A stretch of 55,535 bases of DNA from an uncultured Verrucomicrobiales bacterium (GTDB lineage: Bacteria > Verrucomicrobiota > Verrucomicrobiia > Limisphaerales > Palsa-1400). The stretch's first letter is position 1. Every line of letters begins with the position of its first letter. Shown one piece after another: positions 18,687 through 27,877 of this stretch. Under the pieces are notes generated by a model, which was not told the DNA's origin, made no database searches, and saw nothing but the letters and a program-made list of their open reading frames with translations. Made by a program: the position numbers and the translations under genes. The stretch is taken from NCBI GenBank assembly GCA_903898185.1, contig CAIUEN010000268.1:1-55535 (forward strand). The letters are read 5' to 3'.

Positions 18687-18727
18687 GATGATCGGTAATC
18701 CTTTAGATTTTTACTTCCCGCCTTGGC

Positions 18728-20965
18728 GTGGTTAGCTCTGCAAGTTACATGATTGCTCGCGTCACATTGGAAATTGCCTTGGGCAAAGATTTCGACTACT
18801 TGGTACCAGACGATATGGATGGATTGGTTGAGGTGGGCAGCCGCGTCAAGGTGCCATTTGGCAACCGAGAGGTCTTGGGATGCGTGACCAGCCTGCCGGA
18901 AAGTTCGCCGCTTTCCACGCTACGTTCGATCATCAAAGTCATTGGCGTCAGGTCACCGGTTACCCCCAAGATTTTGGAGCTTTCCAGGTGGATTGCCAGC
19001 TACTACTGCTGCCCTCCCGAGATTGCCCTCAAGGCGGTGCTGCCGGTGGCCGTCCGAAAAGAGCGCAGCGGCTGGCGTGAGCAATTGTTTGTCCGCCTGC
19101 TTAAGCCTGCGGGCGACCCTCCAAAAATGAGCGAGCGCCAAAAAAAGGTTTTGGAGATTCTGGCAACCCGCAACGAATTGCCCTTGCAGGAATTGCTGGA
19201 ACTGGCCGGAACGACGGCCCAGACGGTGCGTCGGCTGGAAGATAAGGGCTGGGTGGAAATCGCAACACGCATCGCTGAGCGCGATCCCTATGCGCGCGAA
19301 ACCATTCTGCCAACCACCGACCTTACGTTGAGCCCGGAGCAAAGCGCGGCCTTCCAGCGCATCATCGGCGCGATGGATCAGGACAAGGCTGAAACATTTC
19401 TGTTGCACGGGGTGACCGGCAGCGGAAAAACCGAGGTCTATTTGCAAGCCATCGCGCATGCATTACGGCGCGGCAAAGGCGCGATTGTGCTCGTGCCGGA
19501 AATTTCGTTGACCCCTCAGACGGTCGAGCGATTCAAGGCGCGGTTCAGCTCTGGGCCACTGCAAACACTTGTGGCGGTGCTCCACAGCCATCTTTCCACA
19601 GGCGAACGCCACGACGAGTGGCACAAGATTCGGCAGGGCCGCGCGCGGATCGCCATTGGGGCGCGCTCGGCGGTGTTTGCGCCGGTGGATCCGCTGGGGC
19701 TGATCATCGTCGATGAGGAACACGAGCACTCCTACAAACAGGAGGAGGCTCCCCGGTATCACGCGCGCGATGTTGCCGTCGTGCGCGGCCAGATGGAAAA
19801 GGCGGTCGTGGTGCTGGGCTCGGCAACACCATCGATGGAAAGCTTCCACAACGCCGAGCGCGGAAAATATCAATTGCTGGATCTGCCAACGCGAGCCGAC
19901 GACAAACAGCTTCCCATTGTCCGTGTCGTTGACATGCGGATGGCCGGGAAGGGCGACAAAGGACCGCCGATTTTCTCGCCCCAGCTCAAGGAGGCGATCC
20001 TCCAGCGGTTGGAGCGCAAGGAGCAGACCATGCTGTTCCTCAACCGACGCGGTTTTGCCAGCGCGCTGCAATGCCCTCTCTGCGGCTACGTGGCGCAATG
20101 CCCCAATTGCAGCGTCTCGCTGACCTATCATCGGCTGATTCAGCAGGTGCGCTGTCATATATGCGATTACAAGGCCGACGCGCCGACGGTCTGCCCTGAT
20201 CCCAAGTGCAAGAACCCGGCGATTCGCTACGCCGGACTGGGCACCGAGAGGGTCGAATCCACACTGATAAAGCTGTTTCCTCATGCGCGCATCCGCCGGA
20301 TGGACTCCGACACGCTCAAGCGCAAGGAGGATTACCGGAATATCCTGGGCGATTTTCGCACCGGCAAGATCGACATTCTTGTCGGCACGCAGATGATCGC
20401 CAAGGGACTTCATTTTCCCAATGTCACGCTGGTGGGCATCATTCATGCCGACCTGAGCCTGCATGTTCCGGATTTCCGGGCGGGCGAGCGGACATTTCAG
20501 TTGTTAACTCAGGTCTCTGGCCGCGCAGGCCGCGGCGATGTTGAAGGCGAAGTTTTCGTGCAGACATTCACGCCCTTTCACCCGGCGATCCAATACGCGC
20601 GCCGACACGACTTCGCCGGTTTTTACGAGCAGGAGATCGAGTTCCGCAAGCAACTCAACTACCCGCCCCTGGGCCGAATTGCGTTATTGACGCTCAAGGG
20701 CCGCAACGAGGAGAAAGTCAGCTTCACCGCCGATCACGTCAAACGCGAACTGGAAGCCATCAAAGTCGAAGTGCCCGATCTCATTGTGGCCGGCCCTGCC
20801 CCAGCGCCTCTGGCCCGCGCGGAGACGCAATATCGCTACCAGATCATGCTGCGCACCCACCAGATGACCCGCTTGGGCCGCCGCCTGTCAGTCCTCCTCA
20901 GCGCAATGTCCCTCCCAGATGATGTCATGCTAACCGTGGATGTGGATCCAGTGAGCATGATGTAG
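18728..20965 (+). CDS. priA: primosomal replication protein N' (PriA helicase)
   Basis: It has Walker A GVTGSGKT, DEEH (IIVDEEHE) and a Cys-rich zinc region (CPLCG, CPNC, CHIC, CPDPKC). An alternative ATG start is at 18749. Confidence 0.95.
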   Translation: MVSSASYMIARVTLEIALGKDFDYLVPDDMDGLVEVGSRVKVPFGNREVLGCVTSLPESSPLSTLRSIIKVIGVRSPVTPKILELSRWIASYYCCPPEIALKAVLPVAVRKERSGWREQLFVRLLKPAGDPPKMSERQKKVLEILATRNELPLQELLELAGTTAQTVRRLEDKGWVEIATRIAERDPYARETILPTTDLTLSPEQSAAFQRIIGAMDQDKAETFLLHGVTGSGKTEVYLQAIAHALRRGKGAIVLVPEISLTPQTVERFKARFSSGPLQTLVAVLHSHLSTGERHDEWHKIRQGRARIAIGARSAVFAPVDPLGLIIVDEEHEHSYKQEEAPRYHARDVAVVRGQMEKAVVVLGSATPSMESFHNAERGKYQLLDLPTRADDKQLPIVRVVDMRMAGKGDKGPPIFSPQLKEAILQRLERKEQTMLFLNRRGFASALQCPLCGYVAQCPNCSVSLTYHRLIQQVRCHICDYKADAPTVCPDPKCKNPAIRYAGLGTERVESTLIKLFPHARIRRMDSDTLKRKEDYRNILGDFRTGKIDILVGTQMIAKGLHFPNVTLVGIIHADLSLHVPDFRAGERTFQLLTQVSGRAGRGDVEGEVFVQTFTPFHPAIQYARRHDFAGFYEQEIEFRKQLNYPPLGRIALLTLKGRNEEKVSFTADHVKRELEAIKVEVPDLIVAGPAPAPLARAETQYRYQIMLRTHQMTRLGRRLSVLLSAMSLPDDVMLTVDVDPVSMM

Positions 20966-20995
20966 AGGGTGCGGTTCCCCCCGCTCATCCCGTCT

Positions 20996-22882
20996 TCAGC
21001 CGCGGCGTTCGCGTATGAACTGCAAGATGTCAGCGATGACTTCGGTCTTGGGCTTGGCGCCTTGGTTGCCTTTGCCGTGGATGCGGAGGCTCACATTGTT
21101 CGCTTCCATATCGCGCGGTCCGATGACCAGCATGGTGTGGGTCTTTGCCTCTTCGGCGCGCAGGATTTTGCCGTTGATCTTGTCGGTGCCAAAATCGCCT
21201 TCCACGCGCACTTGGGCAGCACGAAGTTCGCTGACAATCTGGGTGGCGTATTGAACGAGTTTTTCGTCGTCGCCGATGGTCAGCACACGCACTTGGTCTG
21301 GAGCGAGCCAGAGCGGAAAATTCCCAGCGTAATGCTCGATCAGGAATCCGATAAACCGTTCGTGCGTGCCCAGCGGCGCGCGATGAATGCAGAGCGGGGT
21401 TTTGTCGGTGTTGTCCCTGTCGCGATAAACCAGTCCGAATTTCCGAGGCACGGCGAAATCGACCTGGTTGGTGGCCAAGGTGAACTCGCGACCGATGACG
21501 CTCCAGACTTGCACGTCGATCTTGGGGCCATAAAATGCGGCTTCATTGGGCACTTCGACGAAGTTGATCTTCGAGTCAATAAGCACCTGCCGGACCATGT
21601 CCTCGGTCTGCTTCCACAAGGCGGGTTCATCGACAAACTTCTGGCCAAGTTTGGCCGGGTCGTGCGTGCTGAAGCGCATGATGTATTTCTCGATGCCGAA
21701 AATCCTGAAATACTTGAGATACATTTCGTTGACCGCGTTGAACTCAGCCGCAAACTGCTCGGGAGTGCAGTAGATGTGGGCATCGTTCATGTTCAGCGAG
21801 CGCACGCGCATGAGGCCAAAGAGTTCGCCCGACTGTTCGTAGCGGTAACAGGTGCCATATTCTGCCAGACGCAAGGGCAAATCGCGATAGCTGCGAGGCT
21901 GCGCCGCAAAGATGCGATGGTGATGCGGGCAGTTCATGGCTTTGAGGTAGTAACGCTCGACCATGCGAACCTTCTCCAGATCTTCAGCCAGAGATTTTGA
22001 TCCCGAGTCTTCGTTCAACTCGATCGGCGGGAACATCGACTCCGCATAATACGGCAGATGCCCCGAAGTCTTGTACATTTTCTCCTTTGCCAGATGCGGT
22101 GTCTTCACCCGCACATAGCCGGCCGCAAACTCGGTTTCCTTCGCCAGTCTCTCGAGTTCCTCGACAATGGCGGTCCCTTTTGGGAGCCAAAGCGGCAGAC
22201 CGGGGCCGACGTACTCGGTGTCGATGACGTAAAGACCCATTTCTGCGCCGATCTTGCGATGGTCGCGTTTCTTGGCTTCTTCGAGCATCTTGAAATACTC
22301 GTCCATCTCAGTTTGGTTCTTGAACGCGGTTCCGTAGATGCGCTGAAGCTGCGGATTCTTTTCGTCACCCTTGTAGTAGGCGCTGGCAACCTGGGTCAGC
22401 TTGAAAGCCTTGATATTGCCAGTGCGCATGACGTGCGGTCCGGCGCAGAGATCAATGAATTCACCGTTCTGGTAATAGGTGATCGCTTCACCTTCTGGAA
22501 TATCTTCGAGATTTCCGATCTTGAATTTGCTCGGTATGGCGCGTTCGCCCAGCGCGGCTAGACGTCCCTTGTTCGCATCCTCAAACGCCTGCTCGCGGGT
22601 GACAACCTTGCGCTCGAACGGCAGGTTGGCCTTGACGATGGTCTTCATCTCCGCCTCAATCTTTGGGAAGTCCTCCTGGCTGATTCGGTGCTCCAGTTCG
22701 ACGTCGTAATAAAACCCGTTTTCAACAGCCGGACCAGAGGCAAACTGGGCGTCGGGCCAGAGCTTGAGAATGGCATTGGCCAAGACGTGAGCGGCGGAAT
22801 GGCGCAACCGTTCCAATTCGGTCATCTTTTGCCGATCATCCAGAGTTTTGCGTTGAGCTTCTTCAGTTTTTGCAGTTTGCAT
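20996..22882 (-). CDS. thrS: threonyl-tRNA synthetase (no N-terminal TGS domain)
   Basis: 628 aa. The editing-domain motif HSAAHVLANAILKLWP lies about 28 residues from the start, followed by a class II core and a C-terminal anticodon-binding domain. Confidence 0.95.
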   Translation of the reverse strand: MQTAKTEEAQRKTLDDRQKMTELERLRHSAAHVLANAILKLWPDAQFASGPAVENGFYYDVELEHRISQEDFPKIEAEMKTIVKANLPFERKVVTREQAFEDANKGRLAALGERAIPSKFKIGNLEDIPEGEAITYYQNGEFIDLCAGPHVMRTGNIKAFKLTQVASAYYKGDEKNPQLQRIYGTAFKNQTEMDEYFKMLEEAKKRDHRKIGAEMGLYVIDTEYVGPGLPLWLPKGTAIVEELERLAKETEFAAGYVRVKTPHLAKEKMYKTSGHLPYYAESMFPPIELNEDSGSKSLAEDLEKVRMVERYYLKAMNCPHHHRIFAAQPRSYRDLPLRLAEYGTCYRYEQSGELFGLMRVRSLNMNDAHIYCTPEQFAAEFNAVNEMYLKYFRIFGIEKYIMRFSTHDPAKLGQKFVDEPALWKQTEDMVRQVLIDSKINFVEVPNEAAFYGPKIDVQVWSVIGREFTLATNQVDFAVPRKFGLVYRDRDNTDKTPLCIHRAPLGTHERFIGFLIEHYAGNFPLWLAPDQVRVLTIGDDEKLVQYATQIVSELRAAQVRVEGDFGTDKINGKILRAEEAKTHTMLVIGPRDMEANNVSLRIHGKGNQGAKPKTEVIADILQFIRERRG

Positions 22883-22888
22883 AAAAAA

Positions 22889-23431
22889 TCATGTATTTGC
22901 AGTTACCTGGGTTTCGACCCACCGGGCCAGCAACCAGAGAGCGTCGGATAGACGGTTGAGATAAACGATGATCTCGGCGTTCTGCAATTCGTTGGCTTCG
23001 AGCAAGACGCATGCATGGCGTTCCGCTCTCCTGCAGACCGTCCGGGCGAAATCCAGCGCCGCCGAACTCATGACTTCACCCGGCGTGGCCCAGCCTTTGA
23101 AAGAAACCTTTTGCGATTCGATCACCTGAACCAATTCATCTAGTTTGGCGGTTGTTTTGGGAGTTACGACTGCATAACCGTCCGCCACATACCGGGGCAG
23201 ATCCTCGACCAAGGTTGCCAGTTCACCCATCATCCCGACCAAGTCGCCTTGAATTTTGATCAGATGCTCTCGAACGAAAGGGTATTGAGCCGCAGCGCGC
23301 GCCATACCGATGGCACTGTTGAGCTCATCCACAGTGCCGTAGGTTTCAACGCGCGGATGGCACTTGGAAACCCGCCTGTTGTACATCAGTCCAGTCTGAC
23401 CATGGTCGCCTGTTTTTGTCGCTATGCTCAT
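22889..23431 (-). CDS. ATP:cob(I)alamin adenosyltransferase, PduO type
   Basis: 180 aa. TKTGDxGxTGL and YGTVDELNSAIG are typical of the PduO/MMAB family. Confidence 0.9.
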   Translation of the reverse strand: MSIATKTGDHGQTGLMYNRRVSKCHPRVETYGTVDELNSAIGMARAAAQYPFVREHLIKIQGDLVGMMGELATLVEDLPRYVADGYAVVTPKTTAKLDELVQVIESQKVSFKGWATPGEVMSSAALDFARTVCRRAERHACVLLEANELQNAEIIVYLNRLSDALWLLARWVETQVTANT

Positions 23432-23461
23432 TGCATCAAGAACTAAAACACTTTTTGGACA

Positions 23462-23544
23462 GAATTAACAGGATTAACATTGTTTCCAAATACTTGCCCC
23501 ATGTCCTCCCCAATCCTGTAAATCTTGTTAATCCTGTCTAATTC
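23462..23544. repeat. imperfect inverted repeat gaattaacaggattaaca / tgttaatcctgtctaattc
   Basis: The arms are about 18 nt with 1 mismatch, about 46 nt apart, in the divergent intergenic region. 23514-23537 is the exact reverse complement of 53042-53065. Confidence 0.75.
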
Positions 23545-23612
23545 AAGCGGGTTTTGGGTTCAACTTCATTGACGGAAGGGCCTAGCTCGCTTATCGTGCT
23601 CTTGCGCAAGAT

Positions 23613-23843
23613 ATGAATATCAGATTAATCCTCAGAACACTGTTCGTCATTGGAATTCTGTCGATGTTGGTGCTCCTCGGGATGGCGAACCAGCAACCGG
23701 TTGAGCTATGGCCGCCGCAATTCTGGCCCAAGCCGGAACGTCTTCGGCTCCCGGCCGCATTGATGTATTTTGGCTTCTTCGGAATTGGATTCCTTGCAGG
23801 CACGCTCTTAATGGCGGGCGGCAAGAAGGGGAGAGGCAAGTAA
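23613..23843 (+). CDS. LapA-domain (DUF1049-like) small membrane protein
   Basis: 76 aa with two hydrophobic helices around a NQQPVEL-type segment and a basic tail. Confidence 0.55.
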   Translation: MNIRLILRTLFVIGILSMLVLLGMANQQPVELWPPQFWPKPERLRLPAALMYFGFFGIGFLAGTLLMAGGKKGRGK

Positions 23844-23897
23844 TCATATTCGACCGACTGGCGCAGGTAACCTCCAACCATCGAATCTCAACCACAC

Positions 23898-25001
23898 ATG
23901 ATTATAGGCGTCCCCAGAGAAATTAAACATCAGGAACCCCGGGTGGCGTTGCTGCCAGGAGCGGTTTACCAGTTGATTCAGCGCGGCCATCAGGTGCTGG
24001 TTGAACGCGGTGCCGGGGCCGGGGCTGGTTACTTGGACAATGACTATGCGCAAGCTGGCGCTCAAATAGTTACCGAGCACGCATACGTGTTTGAAAAGGC
24101 GGACTTGATTGTGAAAGTCAAGGAACCGATGGAGTCCGAGTTTGCCCTCCTGCGCCCGGGTCAGATTCTGTTCACTTACCTTCACTTGGCCGCCAGCCGT
24201 GCCGTGACCAAAGGGCTGATTGATTCGGGGGTAACAGCGATCGCGTATGAAACGGTCGAGGTCAACCGCCGGTTGCCGTTGCTCGAGCCAATGAGTGAGA
24301 TCGCCGGGCGCATGTCGATCCTTGTGGGCGGCTATTTCCTCGCTCAACATTTCGGCGGAAGCGGTGTGTTGCTGGGCGGCGTTCCTGGCGTGATGCCGGG
24401 AAAAGTGGTCGTCCTCGGCGGCGGTTCGTCGGGCATCAACGCGGCCCGCATGGCAACCGGACTTGGGGCGGATGTCACGATTCTCGAAGTGGACCTCGAG
24501 CGCATGCGGTTTCTGGATATCACTCTGCACAGCGCTCACACGCTGTATTCGAGCGAAGCTCAACTGCTTGATCTCCTGCCGACCGTAGATCTGTTGATCG
24601 GCGCGGTGCTTGTGCCTGGGGCCAAGGCACCCCGATTGATCCGGCGCGAAATGCTGCGGCGAATGCGCCCGGGAAGCGTGTTGGTGGACATCGCCATCGA
24701 CCAAGGCGGCTGCTCCGAGACCTCGCATCCCACGACGCATGACAACCCGGTTTATCAGGAGGAAGGCGTGCTCCATTATTGTGTCTCCAACATGCCAGGC
24801 GCCTACGCCCGCACAGCCACCCAGGCGCTTACGAACGTAACCTACCGTTACATCGAACTTCTCGCTGACCTTGGACTGCAAGAAGCCTGCCGCCAGCATC
24901 CCGCCCTGCTCGGTGGCATCAATGTTATGAATGGCCACATAACGCATCCCGCCGTAGCCCAAGCGCACGGATTGCAGTGTTCCCCTGTTCAGTTTGAGTA
25001 G
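23898..25001 (+). CDS. ald: alanine dehydrogenase
   Basis: 367 aa with [18 protein letters not shown] and a VLGGGxxG Rossmann motif. Confidence 0.95.
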   Translation: MIIGVPREIKHQEPRVALLPGAVYQLIQRGHQVLVERGAGAGAGYLDNDYAQAGAQIVTEHAYVFEKADLIVKVKEPMESEFALLRPGQILFTYLHLAASRAVTKGLIDSGVTAIAYETVEVNRRLPLLEPMSEIAGRMSILVGGYFLAQHFGGSGVLLGGVPGVMPGKVVVLGGGSSGINAARMATGLGADVTILEVDLERMRFLDITLHSAHTLYSSEAQLLDLLPTVDLLIGAVLVPGAKAPRLIRREMLRRMRPGSVLVDIAIDQGGCSETSHPTTHDNPVYQEEGVLHYCVSNMPGAYARTATQALTNVTYRYIELLADLGLQEACRQHPALLGGINVMNGHITHPAVAQAHGLQCSPVQFE

Positions 25002-25030
25002 AACAGGCTTCCAGCCTGTTCAGGGGGGCA

Positions 25031-25097
25031 GGGGAAAAATAGCGGCTCGCTGACGCTCGCCGTTTTTGTCGGGCACAGGCAAGGATGCCTGTGCTAC
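25031..25097 (+). repeat. REP-like element R1, copy 3
   Basis: It shares the ggctcgctgacgctcgcc core. Its hairpin is perfect here (gcacaggca-agga-tgcctgtgc). It ends 11 nt before the tcdA ATG. Confidence 0.85.
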
Positions 25098-25108
25098 TTT
25101 GGCGGCAC

Positions 25109-25888
25109 ATGAGTGATTTTGATTTTCGTTTCGGCGGCATTCGGCGGCTCTACGGAACAGCGGGCCTCCAACGGCTCCGCTCCGCCCGCGTTTGTGTGGT
25201 GGGGATCGGCGGCGTGGGATCGTGGGCGGTCGAAGCGCTGGCTCGAAGCGGCATCGGCGGGCTAACCCTCGTCGATCTGGACGAAGTCTGTGTGAGCAAT
25301 GTCAATCGCCAGCTTCACGCATTGGACAGCGCAGTCGGTCAATCCAAAGTCGTTGTGATGGGCCAGAGAGTTGCAGCCATCAACTCGGAATGCGCAGTCA
25401 ATGCAGTTCAGGAGTTTTTCACGCCTCAAACGGCGGAACAGATTCTTTCCGAAAAAATCGATTGCGTCATGGACGCCATTGACAACGTTCCAAACAAATG
25501 CTTTCTGATCGCCCGAAGCCGCGAAATGGGAATCCCGGTCGTGACGGTCGGCGGCGCGGGAGGGCGGCGTGACCCTACAAAGGTGCGGGTCGCTGACTTG
25601 TCGCTCACAACTCACGACGGTCTCTTGCAGCAGGTCCGCAAGCGTCTGCGCGACGAATTCCAATTCCCCCGCGAACCGAAAAAACTGTTCGGCATCCCGT
25701 GCGTCTATTCGACCGAGCCCCAAGTCTTTCCGCAATACGACGGTTCCGTATGCGCCCAACCGCAACGCGGTTCAGATTTGCGGTTAAACTGCGACAATGG
25801 TTACGGCACTGCCAGTTTCGTGACGGGCACGTTCGGTTTTGCAGCCGCAGCGCAGATTATCTCGGCGCTGGTTGAAACAGCCGTTTAA
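25109..25888 (+). CDS. tcdA: tRNA threonylcarbamoyladenosine dehydratase (ThiF family)
   Basis: It has MSDFDFRFGGIRRLYG and VVGIGGVGSW. The ATG at 25109 is chosen because the computed ORF start at 25085 lies inside repeat R1. Confidence 0.88.
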   Translation: MSDFDFRFGGIRRLYGTAGLQRLRSARVCVVGIGGVGSWAVEALARSGIGGLTLVDLDEVCVSNVNRQLHALDSAVGQSKVVVMGQRVAAINSECAVNAVQEFFTPQTAEQILSEKIDCVMDAIDNVPNKCFLIARSREMGIPVVTVGGAGGRRDPTKVRVADLSLTTHDGLLQQVRKRLRDEFQFPREPKKLFGIPCVYSTEPQVFPQYDGSVCAQPQRGSDLRLNCDNGYGTASFVTGTFGFAAAAQIISALVETAV

Positions 25889-26669
25889 AGTTCTCCGCCA
25901 CTTGCGCAGTCAGTTCGTCCACCGGAGTTTCCAAAAGTTGAGCGGCGAAATTGTAAATTCCCAGCAAGTTCGCAGGATGATTGATTGGCTTGCCCTGTGC
26001 GTCGTCCAATGGGTGCAGAATCAGTTCCGGCGGGGGGAGCTGGTCGGGGGCATCGGTTTCGATGAGCAAGCGGTCGCGGGGAATCTGTCGGAAAGCCGTG
26101 CGCTGGCGTTCTTTGCGCGCGTGAGCAAAATAGCCAGACAACGAAAAATAGGCCCCTAACTTGATCAGCAGCGGGATCATCTCGACTGGACCGCCAAAGG
26201 AATGCAGGAGAAAACCGCGCCGAGGCAACGGCTCTGCTTGTAAAATTTCGAGCATTCGGCCCCATGCCTTGAGGCAATGAAAAGTGACCGGAAGGTCTCG
26301 TTCCACCGCCAGCCGCAATTGCCAGGTAAAAACCTCTTCCTGCGCCAGAAAATCGTAGTCCTTAACCCATCGATCCAAGCCGATCTCACCAATGGCCGAT
26401 GGAATGCGATCCAAGAAATCAATCAGGTTCTCTCTCCATTGTGGAGTGCGTTCTTTGACATACCAAGGGTGATAGCCAAATGAAGGAATGATCACCGGAT
26501 GCTGTTGTGCCAGGTTGAGAACCTCCTGCCAATCGCTTTCGCGCGAGCCGTTAACCACCATGCCGACGATGGGTTCGGATTGCGCGTCCGCCCAAATAGC
26601 GCTCCAATTTGGTTTGAGCCGCTCATCCTGCAAATGGTTGTGCGCGTCGTAAAACTCAAGCTTCGCCAT
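25857..26669 (-). CDS. TatD-family metal-dependent hydrolase
   Basis: It has YDAHNHL at the N-terminus, internal EIGLD and C-terminal ETDAP. It overlaps tcdA convergently by 32 nt. Confidence 0.88.
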   Translation of the reverse strand: MAKLEFYDAHNHLQDERLKPNWSAIWADAQSEPIVGMVVNGSRESDWQEVLNLAQQHPVIIPSFGYHPWYVKERTPQWRENLIDFLDRIPSAIGEIGLDRWVKDYDFLAQEEVFTWQLRLAVERDLPVTFHCLKAWGRMLEILQAEPLPRRGFLLHSFGGPVEMIPLLIKLGAYFSLSGYFAHARKERQRTAFRQIPRDRLLIETDAPDQLPPPELILHPLDDAQGKPINHPANLLGIYNFAAQLLETPVDELTAQVAENFKRLFQPAPR

Positions 26670-26693
26670 CTGTCAATTCTCGGAAATGGCAGT

Positions 26694-26757
26694 AATAAAT
26701 TAGCGTCTCGCTGACGCTCGCCGGATGGATGGGCACAGGCAAGGATGCCTATGCTAC
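26694..26757 (+). repeat. REP-like element R1, copy 4
   Basis: It aligns with the other R1 copies. It lies between the tatD start and the M42 peptidase stop. Confidence 0.8.
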
Positions 26758-26765
26758 GTGAATAG

Positions 26766-27836
26766 TTATATTTTAACTTTAAACTGCTCGCCAGACTTTA
26801 GCGATTGGGCGAACGCTGCGATCAGGCGCGGAATTTGTTCGAGATCCTTAAGGCTGACCAACTCAACCGGCGAATGCATGTAACGGTTGGGCAGGCTGAT
26901 CAGAGCGCTCGGGATGCCGCCGCGCGTCCAGAAAATGGCATCCGCATCGGTGCCGCTGCTGTTAGACATCGCCTCGTGCTGAAGCTTGATTTTCTGAGCC
27001 TTGGCGATCGATTCCAAGCGGGTGACAATTGCGGCGTGATTGCATCCGCCGTGCGTCAGCGCGGGGCCCTTGCCAATCCGGATGTCGCCATGCTGTTGCT
27101 GACTGACCGTGGGATAGTCGGTTGCATGGGTGACATCCACCACCAAGGCCAGGTCGGGCTTGAGCGAATATGCAATCTGTCGAGAACCAAGCAGTCCGAC
27201 TTCCTCCATGATGTTAGAAACCACCAGAATCTCGGCTTTGAGCGGAGCCTTGCTTTCGCGCAGCAGGCGCGCGGTTTCGGCGACAGCAAAGGTGCCGATC
27301 CGGTTATCAAACGCGCGCGCCACTGCCAGGTCGTTACGCAATAATTCAAATTGGTCGGCAAGCGTGATTGGATCGCCGATGCGGATCAACTTCTCGGCTT
27401 CCGGTTTGGTGGTAACGCCGATATCTATGAACAGATCCTCCATTTTCGGCACTTTGCGCTCGCCGTCGCTCTTGGTGAGGTGGGGAGCGACATTGCCAAC
27501 CACGCCTTTCACCGGGCCCGCCTGCGAATGGATGACCACGCGCTGGGCCTTGGTAATCGCGGCGTCCACACCACCGACCTTGCGAACGTAAATAAACCCG
27601 TGCTCGTCGATGAAATTAACAGTCATGGCGATTTCATCTGCGTGCGCCGCGATCATCAGTCGAGGCGAACCGCCTTTGTTGATTACGGCGACAGCATTTC
27701 CATACGCGTCGGTAAAAGTTTCGTCTGCGAACGGGGCGACGTAATCAAGCCAGACACGCTGTCCGCGCGCTTCGTTGCCCGATGGACTTGGCGTATTAAC
27801 CAATGTCTCAAGGAATTTCAGTGATGCTTCCCGCAT
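26766..27836 (-). CDS. M42 family metallopeptidase
   Basis: 356 aa. SPSGxE near the N-terminus, AHADEI and the overall pattern fit M42 aminopeptidase/endoglucanase-like proteins. Confidence 0.88.
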   Translation of the reverse strand: MREASLKFLETLVNTPSPSGNEARGQRVWLDYVAPFADETFTDAYGNAVAVINKGGSPRLMIAAHADEIAMTVNFIDEHGFIYVRKVGGVDAAITKAQRVVIHSQAGPVKGVVGNVAPHLTKSDGERKVPKMEDLFIDIGVTTKPEAEKLIRIGDPITLADQFELLRNDLAVARAFDNRIGTFAVAETARLLRESKAPLKAEILVVSNIMEEVGLLGSRQIAYSLKPDLALVVDVTHATDYPTVSQQQHGDIRIGKGPALTHGGCNHAAIVTRLESIAKAQKIKLQHEAMSNSSGTDADAIFWTRGGIPSALISLPNRYMHSPVELVSLKDLEQIPRLIAAFAQSLKSGEQFKVKI

Positions 27837-27877
27837 AATAATATCTATCTTTTTATCTTCTGTGGGGTTGGGTTGCG

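Noticed and set aside
20969-22000. Long ORFs antisense or out of frame to well-identified genes. Examples: 20969-22000 vs thrS, 23844-24968 vs ald, 19463-20464 vs priA, 12603-13583 and 11295-12029 vs smc, 33372-34235 and 33622-34545 vs dctQM, 35712-36506 vs GH51, 41190-41993 vs recJ, 42746-43642 vs terC/secDF, 39798-40511 vs the methyltransferase.
   Set aside because: These are shadow ORFs typical of GC-rich DNA. Their translations are Arg/Gly/His-rich nonsense with no motifs, while the opposite or alternate frame carries unmistakable family signatures.
25085-25108. The upstream start of tcdA (MPVLLWRH..).
   Set aside because: These codons lie in the R1 hairpin (atgcctgtgctac). The conserved protein begins at MSDFDFRFGG.
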